Assembly (NCBI GenBank): GCA_963778655.1
Contig: CAVZVA010000010.1
Location: 960,001 to 1,024,000 of the forward strand
DNA: 64,000 nt
Direction of reading: 5' to 3'
Origin: an uncultured delta proteobacterium
Lineage (GTDB): Bacteria; Myxococcota_A; Polyangia; Polyangiales; JAFGIB01
Both the position numbers and the translations under genes were made by a program. Under the pieces are notes generated by a model that saw only the letters and a program-made list of their open reading frames with translations, was not told the origin of the DNA and made no database searches. Positions 39,754 to 47,535 of this stretch are shown piece by piece (position 1 is the stretch's first letter; every line of letters starts with the position of its first letter).

Positions 39754-40917
39754 ATGTCCGATCGCATCCTCGTCGCAACTCGCAAGGGCACCTTCCTAGT
39801 CGAGAAGGTCAACGGCCGATGGAAGCCACGCCTGAGCGGCCACGCCGGCGCACTGGTCAACTTCGTCGCGCGCGATCCGAACGGCGGCGCGCTTTGGGCC
39901 GCGCTGGGGCATGGCCACTGGGGCGCCAAGCTGTCGTGCTCGACCGACGACGGCAAGAGCTGGCAGGACGCGACGCAGATCAAGTATCCACAGGGCGCAC
40001 GCTACCTGGGTACGGCGATGCCGAGCGAGGACTCGCCCGAGCTGGGCAAGCCGCAGCCGCGCCCCGCGACCGTGCTCAAGCTCTGGTGCCTGGCGTTCGG
40101 CTCACCCGGCCACATCTACGTGGGGACGATCCCGGGCGGGCTGTTCGAGAGCAAGGACGGCGGCAAGAGCTTCGAGCTCAACCGGCCGCTGTGGAACCAC
40201 GAGTCGCGCGGCGGCGACCTGTTTTCGGGCGAGGGCACGGGCGTCACGCATTGGTCGGGCACGCCCGCGTCGGACGCAGGCGAGTTCGCGGCGGGTATCC
40301 ATTCCATTCTGGTCGATCCGCGCGATCCGAGACGTGTGCTGGTCGCGGTGTCGACCGCGGGCGTGCTTGAGACGACCGACGGCGGCAAGAGCTGGCGCGG
40401 GCGCAACAAGGGCATGACCAATGACTACCTGCCCAACCCCGAGGCCGAGTGGGGCCACGACGCGCACGCAATCGAGCTGTGCTCGGGCGATCCCGACCAT
40501 GTGTGGCAGCAGAACCACGCCGGCGTGTTCTACAGTGCCGACGGCGCGGCGAGCTGGAAGAAGGTGAGCCGTCCCGATCAGGGTGTGCACTTCGGCTTCC
40601 CGGTCGCCGCGGACGGCAAGGACGGCAAGACCGCGTGGGTCGTTCCCGGCAAGAGCGACCAGCAGCGCATGGCGATCGACGGCAGCTTGTTCGTCGGGCG
40701 CACCCACGACGGCGGGCAGAGCTGGGAGCAGCTACGCGAGGGCCTGCCGCAGGAAAGTGCCTACGACGTCGTGTACCGCCACGCGCTGGGCTACGCCGAT
40801 GGCCGGCTTTCGTTCGGCAGCACCACCGGAAACCTGTACGTGAGCGAGAACGGTGGCGAGAGCTGGCTCACGGTGGCCAACAACCTACCGCCGATCCACA
40901 GCGTGCGCTTCGGCTGA
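39754..40917 (+). CDS. BNR/Asp-box repeat beta-propeller protein (no signal peptide)
   Basis: ILVATRKG N-terminus, repeated S/TxDGGxSW Asp-boxes, QQNH, HFGFPV and FGSTTG. Confidence 0.9.
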   Translation: MSDRILVATRKGTFLVEKVNGRWKPRLSGHAGALVNFVARDPNGGALWAALGHGHWGAKLSCSTDDGKSWQDATQIKYPQGARYLGTAMPSEDSPELGKPQPRPATVLKLWCLAFGSPGHIYVGTIPGGLFESKDGGKSFELNRPLWNHESRGGDLFSGEGTGVTHWSGTPASDAGEFAAGIHSILVDPRDPRRVLVAVSTAGVLETTDGGKSWRGRNKGMTNDYLPNPEAEWGHDAHAIELCSGDPDHVWQQNHAGVFYSADGAASWKKVSRPDQGVHFGFPVAADGKDGKTAWVVPGKSDQQRMAIDGSLFVGRTHDGGQSWEQLREGLPQESAYDVVYRHALGYADGRLSFGSTTGNLYVSENGGESWLTVANNLPPIHSVRFG

Positions 40918-40923
40918 GCGAGA

Positions 40924-40948
40924 CGGATCATCTGCCGGATCATCTGCC
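40924..40948. repeat. 12-bp tandem duplication cggatcatctgc x2
   Basis: Directly visible just after the BNR stop codon. Confidence 0.75.
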
Positions 40949-41137
40949 AGCGCATCTTCTGACCCCCTCGGCTCAACAGTGACGCGCGGTACAGCTCGCG
41001 CGGCATACCCTGGCAACTGGGGGAAGTCATGCGCTGCAGCCGGATCCGGCGGCCAGCGCACCGCCGCGGCGCTGCCACAGCGCGGGAGCGCTTGTGGGGC
41101 TGGAAAGCGCAGGGCCTTGTGGCATCGTAGGCGCGCG

Positions 41138-42934
41138 ATGGGGCTGCGCGAGTGGAATGGCTGGCGCTTCTTCGGCGCGGTGTTTGCCGCGGACCGCGCG
41201 CTCGCGCTCGGGTTCTGGGTGGTGCTCTTGCTGCGCGGGGTGCTGCCGGCGCTGTTCGCGCTGGCGATGGGCGCGCTGGTGGGCGCGGTGCAGCACGGCA
41301 CGGAGATCGTCGCGCCGCTTTCGCTGGTGGGCGCGAGCTTCGTGCTGCTGCAGGTGCTGGCGCCGATCCACCGCGGCATCAGCGACAACCTCGGCAGCCG
41401 CACCTCGGCGTGGCTGCACGACCGGCTGACCGAAGCCTGCGTGCGGCCGCCGGGCATGGCGCACCTCGAGGACCCGGAGCTGACCAGCGAGCTCAGCATG
41501 GCGCGCGACTTCGACCTCGGCATCACCGGGCCGCCGCTGCGCATCGCGATGGACTTCATCGCTTCGGGGCTGGTGGAGATGGCCGGCGGGCTCACCGCGG
41601 CGGTGGTGTTGTTCGGCTACAGCTGGTGGGCGCCGCCGCTGCTCGCGGGCGCGTGGCTCGCCACGCACTACTTGCTGCGCGAGAGCGCGGTGTGGCACGA
41701 CCGCCAGACCCGCGAGGTGCGCGAGGCGCAGCGCCACGCCGACTACGCCTATCGACTCGCGGTCGACGCGCCCGCGGCCAAGGAGCTGCGCCTGTTCGGC
41801 CTGCCCGACTGGACGGTCGAGCGCTTCACCGCGCAGCGCAAGCGGCTGTTCGAGCTGCAATGGCAGGCCACGCGACTGCGCGAGCGTCCGGTGCTGTGGA
41901 GCTTGCTGCTGGTCACGGCTGCAAACGCGATCGTGTTCTGGTCGCTCGCCAGCGCGGCGGTCGCGCACCAGCTCAGCCTCGCTAGCACAGTGACCTTCGC
42001 GATGGTCGCGGTCAGCACCAACATGATCGCGTTCGGGGGCCTGTCCTGGGCGCTCGATGGTGCCGCCGCGCCTGCCGCCGCCGTGCTGCGCTTGCAGGCC
42101 AAGATGGCGCCGGCCGGCGCGCTGCCCAGCGGCAAGCGCGCGACCGCGGGGCTGCCCGCGCGCGAGATCCGTTTTCGCGACGTGACGTTTGCGTATCCGC
42201 ACGCGAGCGAGCCCGTGCTGCAGGGCTTCGACCTCACCATTCCCGCGGGCTGCTCGCTCGCGATCGTTGGCCAGAACGGCGCGGGCAAGACCACGCTCGC
42301 CAAGCTGCTGTGCCGGCTGTACGACCCACAGTCCGGCGCGATCGAGGTCGACGGCGTCGATCTGCGCGAGCTCGACATCGACGCCTGGCGTGCGCGCGTG
42401 ACGGCGGTGTTCCAGGACTTCATCCGCTTCGAGCTGCCGCTGCGCGACAACGTCGCGCCCGGCGGCGGCGCCGATGACGCCGCAGTGCGTGCGGCGCTCG
42501 AGCAGGCTGGCGCGGCCTCGCTCGCGCAGCTCGACACCGTGCTGGCGCGCGGTTACGAGGGCGGCACCGAGCTTTCGGGCGGGCAGTGGCAGCGGGTGGC
42601 GCTGGCGCGCGCGCTGTGCGCGGTCGCGCAGGGCGCGGGCCTGGTCCTGCTCGACGAGCCCACCGCGCAGCTCGATGTGCGCGGCGAGAGCGAGATCTTC
42701 GAGCGCGTGCTCGCCGCCACGCGCCGTGCCACCACCATCTTGATCTCGCACCGCTTCTCGACCGTGCGCCACGCCGACCGCATCTGCGTGCTCGAGCACG
42801 GGCGCGTGATCGAGCTCGGCAGCCACGAGCAGCTGATGGCGCAGGGCGGCCGCTACCGCACGATGTTCGACTTGCAGGCGAGCCGTTTCGGCGAGCCCGA
42901 CGAGCAGGGGGTCGTCTATGACGTCCTCGCCTGA
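41138..42934 (+). CDS. ABC exporter, fused TMD-NBD (subunit 1)
   Basis: AKELRLFG, GQNGAGKT, LSGGQWQR, LDEPT and ISHRFS. Confidence 0.92.
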   Translation: MGLREWNGWRFFGAVFAADRALALGFWVVLLLRGVLPALFALAMGALVGAVQHGTEIVAPLSLVGASFVLLQVLAPIHRGISDNLGSRTSAWLHDRLTEACVRPPGMAHLEDPELTSELSMARDFDLGITGPPLRIAMDFIASGLVEMAGGLTAAVVLFGYSWWAPPLLAGAWLATHYLLRESAVWHDRQTREVREAQRHADYAYRLAVDAPAAKELRLFGLPDWTVERFTAQRKRLFELQWQATRLRERPVLWSLLLVTAANAIVFWSLASAAVAHQLSLASTVTFAMVAVSTNMIAFGGLSWALDGAAAPAAAVLRLQAKMAPAGALPSGKRATAGLPAREIRFRDVTFAYPHASEPVLQGFDLTIPAGCSLAIVGQNGAGKTTLAKLLCRLYDPQSGAIEVDGVDLRELDIDAWRARVTAVFQDFIRFELPLRDNVAPGGGADDAAVRAALEQAGAASLAQLDTVLARGYEGGTELSGGQWQRVALARALCAVAQGAGLVLLDEPTAQLDVRGESEIFERVLAATRRATTILISHRFSTVRHADRICVLEHGRVIELGSHEQLMAQGGRYRTMFDLQASRFGEPDEQGVVYDVLA

Positions 42935-44762
42935 GGCGCAAAAGGCCCGCCCCGCGGTGCCCGAAGAGCTGCCGCCGGGACTCTCGTCGATGTGGCGCAG
43001 CCTCAAGCTCGGCTACCGTGCCGAGCCGGCGCTGCTGCTGATCGCGTTCGGGCTCAGCTTGCTGGCGGCGCTGCCCGATGCGCTGATCGCGCTGTGGCTC
43101 AAGCTGCTCGCGGACGGCGTGCTCGGGCAGCGGCGCACGCTGGTGCTGGGCGCGGCGCTGGGGCTCGGGGTGTCGGCGGCGGGAACCTGGTTTCTGCGCG
43201 TGATCAGCGATCGCATCCAGCGCCGCTTCCGCGATCGGGTCACGATCGCGCTCGAATCGCACGTTGCGCGGCTGCAGGCCAAGGTCGCCACCCTCGCGCA
43301 CCACGAGCGCCCGGACTACCTGGACCGGCTTGCGATGCTGCGCGACCAGGTGTTCGTGCTCGACCACATGTACATGTCGGTGTTCTCGACCTGCGGCTGG
43401 ATCCTGCGGCTGCTGGTCACGCTCGCGCTGCTGGTGTCGGTCGACCCGCTGCTTGGCTTGCTCGCGCTGTTCGCGCTGCCGACCGTGCTGACGTCGAGCT
43501 GGCGACCCGGGGTGGAGCGCGCGGCCGAGGAGCGCAGCCGGCCACACGAGCGGCTGGCGCGCCACCTGTTCGTGACTGCCACCACCGCTGCACCTGGCAA
43601 GGAGGTGCGTGTCACGCGCATCGGCGAGCGGCTGGTGCGGCAGCGGCGCGAGGCGTGGGAGCGCGGGTATCGCCCGCTGTCCCGCGCGCGGAGCGCAAGC
43701 GCGGCGTGGCACGCGCTGGCGTGGGCGGTGTTCGGGCTGGCGTACGTGGGGGCGATCGCGCTGGTGGCGGGGCGCGGCGGCGACCCGGGCGGCGTGTTGC
43801 TGGTGCTGGCGGCCGGCGCGCGGCTGTCGGCATACATCGGCGCGACCGTGGGCGAGATCGGCTTCCTGCGCGGGTTCTGGCTCGACGGGGCGCGGCGGCT
43901 GGCCTGGCTCGAGGACTACGCCGCGGCGCTCAGCGAGCACGCCGACTTGCCGGTGCCCGCGCGGCTGCAGCAGGGCATCCGGCTCGAGCACGTGTCGTTC
44001 GCGTATCCGGGCACCGAGCGTCGCGTGCTCGACGACGTGAGCCTGGAGCTGCGACCGGGCTCGGTAGTGGCGCTGGTGGGCGAGAACGGCGCGGGCAAGA
44101 GCACGCTGGTCAAGCTGCTGTGCAAGCTGTACGAGCCGAGCGAGGGTCAGATCCTGGTCGATGGCCAGGCGCTCGCGCGCATGCCGGCCGACGGCTGGCG
44201 CGCGCGGCTGGCGGGCGCGTTTCAGGATTTCTTCCGCTTCGAGCTGTTCGCGCGACAGTCGGTGGGGGTGGGCGACTTGCCGCGGCTCGACGACGAGCCC
44301 GCGGTGACCACGGGCATCGAGCGCGCGGGCGCGAGCGACGTGGTCGCGCAGCTCGAAGGTGGCCTCGGCACGCAGCTCGGCCCCACCTGGCCGGGCGGCG
44401 TGGAGCTGAGCTTTGGCCAGTGGCAGAAGCTCGCGCTCGCCCGCGGCTTCATGCGCGACGAGCCGTTCTTGCTGGTGCTCGACGAGCCCACCGCGGCGCT
44501 CGACGCCGAGACCGAGCACGCGCTGTTCGAGCGCTACGCCGCCGCGGTCAAGCACGACGCGGCCACGGCCGGCGGGGACAGCGCGGCGGCGCGGAGGATC
44601 ACCATCCTGGTCTCGCACCGTTTCTCCACCGTGCGCATGGCGGACCAGATCGTGGTGCTGGACGGGGCGCGCGTGGCGGAGGTCGGCACGCACGAGGCGT
44701 TGATCGCGAAGCGAGGGCAGTACGCCGAGCTGTACGCGATGCAGGCCAAGGCGTACCGGTGA
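42918..44762 (+). CDS. ABC exporter, fused TMD-NBD (subunit 2, degenerate signature)
   Basis: GENGAGKS, LSFGQWQK and LDEPT; overlaps subunit 1. Confidence 0.92.
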   Translation: MTSSPEAQKARPAVPEELPPGLSSMWRSLKLGYRAEPALLLIAFGLSLLAALPDALIALWLKLLADGVLGQRRTLVLGAALGLGVSAAGTWFLRVISDRIQRRFRDRVTIALESHVARLQAKVATLAHHERPDYLDRLAMLRDQVFVLDHMYMSVFSTCGWILRLLVTLALLVSVDPLLGLLALFALPTVLTSSWRPGVERAAEERSRPHERLARHLFVTATTAAPGKEVRVTRIGERLVRQRREAWERGYRPLSRARSASAAWHALAWAVFGLAYVGAIALVAGRGGDPGGVLLVLAAGARLSAYIGATVGEIGFLRGFWLDGARRLAWLEDYAAALSEHADLPVPARLQQGIRLEHVSFAYPGTERRVLDDVSLELRPGSVVALVGENGAGKSTLVKLLCKLYEPSEGQILVDGQALARMPADGWRARLAGAFQDFFRFELFARQSVGVGDLPRLDDEPAVTTGIERAGASDVVAQLEGGLGTQLGPTWPGGVELSFGQWQKLALARGFMRDEPFLLVLDEPTAALDAETEHALFERYAAAVKHDAATAGGDSAAARRITILVSHRFSTVRMADQIVVLDGARVAEVGTHEALIAKRGQYAELYAMQAKAYR

Positions 44763-44783
44763 GCGCGCCTGGCGTTGAGCATG

Positions 44784-44901
44784 CGGATCGTGCTGGGCGG
44801 CGTGCCAGGGGCGGGGGAGCGCGCCCGGGCTCATACGGCCGGCCCTTGCGTGTGTCGGATCGTGCTGGGCGGCGTGCCAGGGGCGGGGGAGCGCGCCCGG
44901 G
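44784..44901. repeat. Two identical 46-bp direct repeats separated by 26 bp
   Basis: cggatcgtgctgggcggcgtgccaggggcgggggagcgcgcccggg at 44784-44829 and 44856-44901. Confidence 0.9.
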
Positions 44902-45170
44902 GCGACCTCCCGATGTCGATCGGCGGGGACCCTGAGGTCTTCGGTCACGAGCCCGAGCTTCTCCAACCGCGCCAGCTCCTGATACACGGTGAAGCTGAAC
45001 GGCCCGAAGCGGTATGGCAGGAAGTCGTAGAACGGGATCTCGGCTCGGACCTCGGTCTCTTCACCCATCAAGAACAGCCACTTCATCAGCAGTGTCCTCG
45101 ACGGCTTGCTGTCGGCCCGACGCAGCAGGTGGAGGATCACCCGCTGGCGGCTGAAGATGGGAGCTGCCAT
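44902..45170 (-). pseudogene. Truncated N-terminal winged-helix part of a DUF488-associated/SocA-like protein
   Basis: FSRQRVILHLL...LMKWLFL...YDFLPYRFGPFSFTVYQELARL. Resemblance ends at the 46-bp repeats, and the frame then runs stop-less antisense to the ABC genes. Confidence 0.6.
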
Positions 45171-45275
45171 GCACCGAAGCTCCCCCAGAGTCACGCCAGA
45201 CGGCAGGCCTTGTGGAACGTCCGCGCGGCCTGCCTGCCGGGTCGTGGGCGGCGGGATGCGCACGCCGGCGCCGCG

Positions 45276-45587
45276 TCACAGCTCGCCGGAACGCGTGCGC
45301 TGCAGCCAGCTCTGCACCTGGGCTTCGATCACGTCGATGGCTTTGGTCTGGAAGGGCCGCAGCAGGATTGGGACGTTCATGTCGAGCACGATCGCGTGCG
45401 GCAACAGCCGTAGCAATCCGGAGAGCTCGATGCCCCGAACGCGGAAGCCGATGCGCACCTCGTCTTCGTTGAGCCACTGGGTCTCCGGCCCGTATTTGCT
45501 GAAGCGCTCGCAGTAGCTCTCGACCGCGCGCTGCAGCACGCGGCGGGCCTGCTCGGGCGATAAGTCGTGTGCGATTCGATGCTGCAT
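45276..45587 (-). CDS. Putative polyhydroxyalkanoate-granule-region (PHA_gran_rgn-like) small protein
   Basis: IAHDLSPEQAR...W...GFRVRG..LSG...VPILLRPF pattern. Confidence 0.65.
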   Translation of the reverse strand: MQHRIAHDLSPEQARRVLQRAVESYCERFSKYGPETQWLNEDEVRIGFRVRGIELSGLLRLLPHAIVLDMNVPILLRPFQTKAIDVIEAQVQSWLQRTRSGEL

Positions 45588-45944
45588 GCCGGGCCGGTCT
45601 CGGGCTCCGGCGCATGGTGCCCGCGACGCCGTGTGCATAGGTTTGATACACCTCGGAGGGCCATGCAAGCGCGTGCCATCCGCCACGTAGCGCGGTGACG
45701 GCGCGGCCTCGGCTGGGAGGTGTTCTGCGACGCTGCAGGCGCCTGCTATGCCGTGGGCACCGACAACACGTTCGTCGGCTTGAGCAAGCTCTGACCATCC
45801 CGCGATCCGAGATCACGGTCCTGCGTCACCAGCGACCACGCGCGCGAGCGGCCGCTCGGCATGCGCCACGGTTTCGGGCCCGAGCGCGGGGACGGGAATC
45901 GGAACAGGCCCGTCCCTTCGCGCCGGTCGCGTATCATCTCGAGC

Positions 45945-46343
45945 ATGACAGACATCGAATACCTCGTGCTTTCCGTGGCGCTCACCTGGGTCATGCTGCT
46001 TGCGGCAAGCCTGCTCCGCGCACGCGCCTGGACCGGACCGGGCATGCTGATCGCGTTCGGCAACCGCGACGACCTGCCGGAACCCATCGCGCTCGCGGGA
46101 CGCGCGGATCGAGCCGCCCGCAACATGCTCGAGAACCTCGTCCTGTTCACCGCCGCGTTCGTCGCCGCCAGGCTCGCCGGTGCAAACGAGCAGGAAATCT
46201 CGGCGGGCGCAGCGCTCTTCTTCTGGGCCCGCCTCGCCTACTTCCCCATCTATCTGGCAGGGATTCGCTACCTGCGCACGGCGATTTGGGCGCTGGGCGT
46301 GGTCGCCATCGCGCGCATCGCCTTCGCCGCGTGGGCAGTGTGA
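45945..46343 (+). CDS. MAPEG family membrane protein
   Basis: GRADRAARNMLENL, FFWARLAY and YLRT. Confidence 0.88.
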   Translation: MTDIEYLVLSVALTWVMLLAASLLRARAWTGPGMLIAFGNRDDLPEPIALAGRADRAARNMLENLVLFTAAFVAARLAGANEQEISAGAALFFWARLAYFPIYLAGIRYLRTAIWALGVVAIARIAFAAWAV

Positions 46344-46374
46344 GTCGTGAAGCGCGACTCCGGGTCGCCAGCCA

Positions 46375-47400
46375 CTATTCCCAGCGGCCGATCGGCGGGC
46401 CGTATACGCCCGCTCCCGCCCTGAGCTCCGCCCCGAGCGGGGGCACGCCGAGGCGCCGGCGTGCCTCCTGCAGCGGCAAGGGCATGTACGGCCAGAAGTC
46501 CCAGCCGTCGCCGAGGTCGGTGGTCATCTGCGAGCCGCGCTTGAGCGCGTGAAGCATCCGCGCGGCGAGGTCGCCTTCGCCGATGCGGCCCGGATGCTTG
46601 GGCATCGGCAATGGGGCGACGTTGATCCCCGCGGTGTGGATCAGCACGGCGAACAGCATGGTAAAGAACGAGTCTTCCGTGCGCCTGTAGCCCGCCTGGA
46701 ACGACGCGACCTGCAGCTCACCCTCGGGGCTGGCGTCGTAGCCGCCGAGCACGTGGCCGACGTCGTGGAAGATCGCGCCCATCGGGAAGCCGGCCTGCTC
46801 GCCCGGAAAGGCGAAGCCATTGCTGCGATAGTGATCGACGAAGGCGCGGCCCAGCGTATCGTCCGGCAGGTCGGCGAGCGTCCGAAAGCGGGCGGCGAGC
46901 GCCTCGTCGTGCAGCACGCCCTTGAAATCCAACAACCCCTTGGCGAGCGCCAGGATGCCACCCTGCGTGCGGTATTGGTTGTTGATGTAGTCTCGCAGGT
47001 TTGAACGGCGGTGGAAGTCGAGCAGGAAGCGCACGCGCTCTTCGTGAGCGAGATGCTCGATGGCGCGGACCGCTGGCTCGTCGACCCCGAGCTGGCGCGC
47101 GAACCCGACGATCAGCTCCGTCTGAGCCGGGGTCGCGGGGCCGACCGCCAGGCTCACGATGACCATGGCGCGGATCAGTTGCCTCGCCAGGGCCGGGTCC
47201 TCGAAATGCTTCGCCAGCGTGGCGGCGCCGACCGCGGGCAGTGCGTCGACGTCCAGATTGGTCCCGAGCAACATGCGCTGGACCGTGTCGAGCAGCACGC
47301 GGTGTGTGGGGACCAGCCCACCCTCTGCGGCGCGGGCGACCATCATCAGGGCACTCAGGCCAAAGGGAGCAGCGGATGGCGGGGGCGCGATGAGCTTCAT
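46375..47400 (-). CDS. Protein with N-terminal TerB-like helical domain and Coq4-like metal-binding domain
   Basis: LPDDTLGRAF and HDVGHVLGGYDASPEGE, matching HDxxH(x)11E. Confidence 0.7.
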   Translation of the reverse strand: MKLIAPPPSAAPFGLSALMMVARAAEGGLVPTHRVLLDTVQRMLLGTNLDVDALPAVGAATLAKHFEDPALARQLIRAMVIVSLAVGPATPAQTELIVGFARQLGVDEPAVRAIEHLAHEERVRFLLDFHRRSNLRDYINNQYRTQGGILALAKGLLDFKGVLHDEALAARFRTLADLPDDTLGRAFVDHYRSNGFAFPGEQAGFPMGAIFHDVGHVLGGYDASPEGELQVASFQAGYRRTEDSFFTMLFAVLIHTAGINVAPLPMPKHPGRIGEGDLAARMLHALKRGSQMTTDLGDGWDFWPYMPLPLQEARRRLGVPPLGAELRAGAGVYGPPIGRWE

Positions 47401-47535
47401 GAGATCACCTGCGGCAAGAGCAGGTGTGAGCGGCCGGAGGCTCGCATTTTGGCACGCCACGTCGCCCCGGACCAGTCTTTGCTGCGGCGAGCGCGGCCAG
47501 CGGCGGAGCCCGCTTGAAGCGTCTTCTGACCGGCC

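Noticed and set aside
41138..44762. RiPP/lasso peptide cluster suggested by the paired ABC exporters
   Set aside because: No precursor peptide, cyclase, RRE or peptidase gene is recognisable nearby
44784..44901. CRISPR mini-array
   Set aside because: Only two repeats, the repeat (46 bp) is longer than the spacer (26 bp), and there is no AT-rich leader or cas gene in the window
42420..45263. 947-aa minus-strand ORF
   Set aside because: Mostly the antisense shadow of the ABC genes; only ~89 codons (45170-44902) look protein-like
45590..45940. Small ORFs or remnants between the PHA-region gene and MAPEG
   Set aside because: No convincing start, motif or coding pattern
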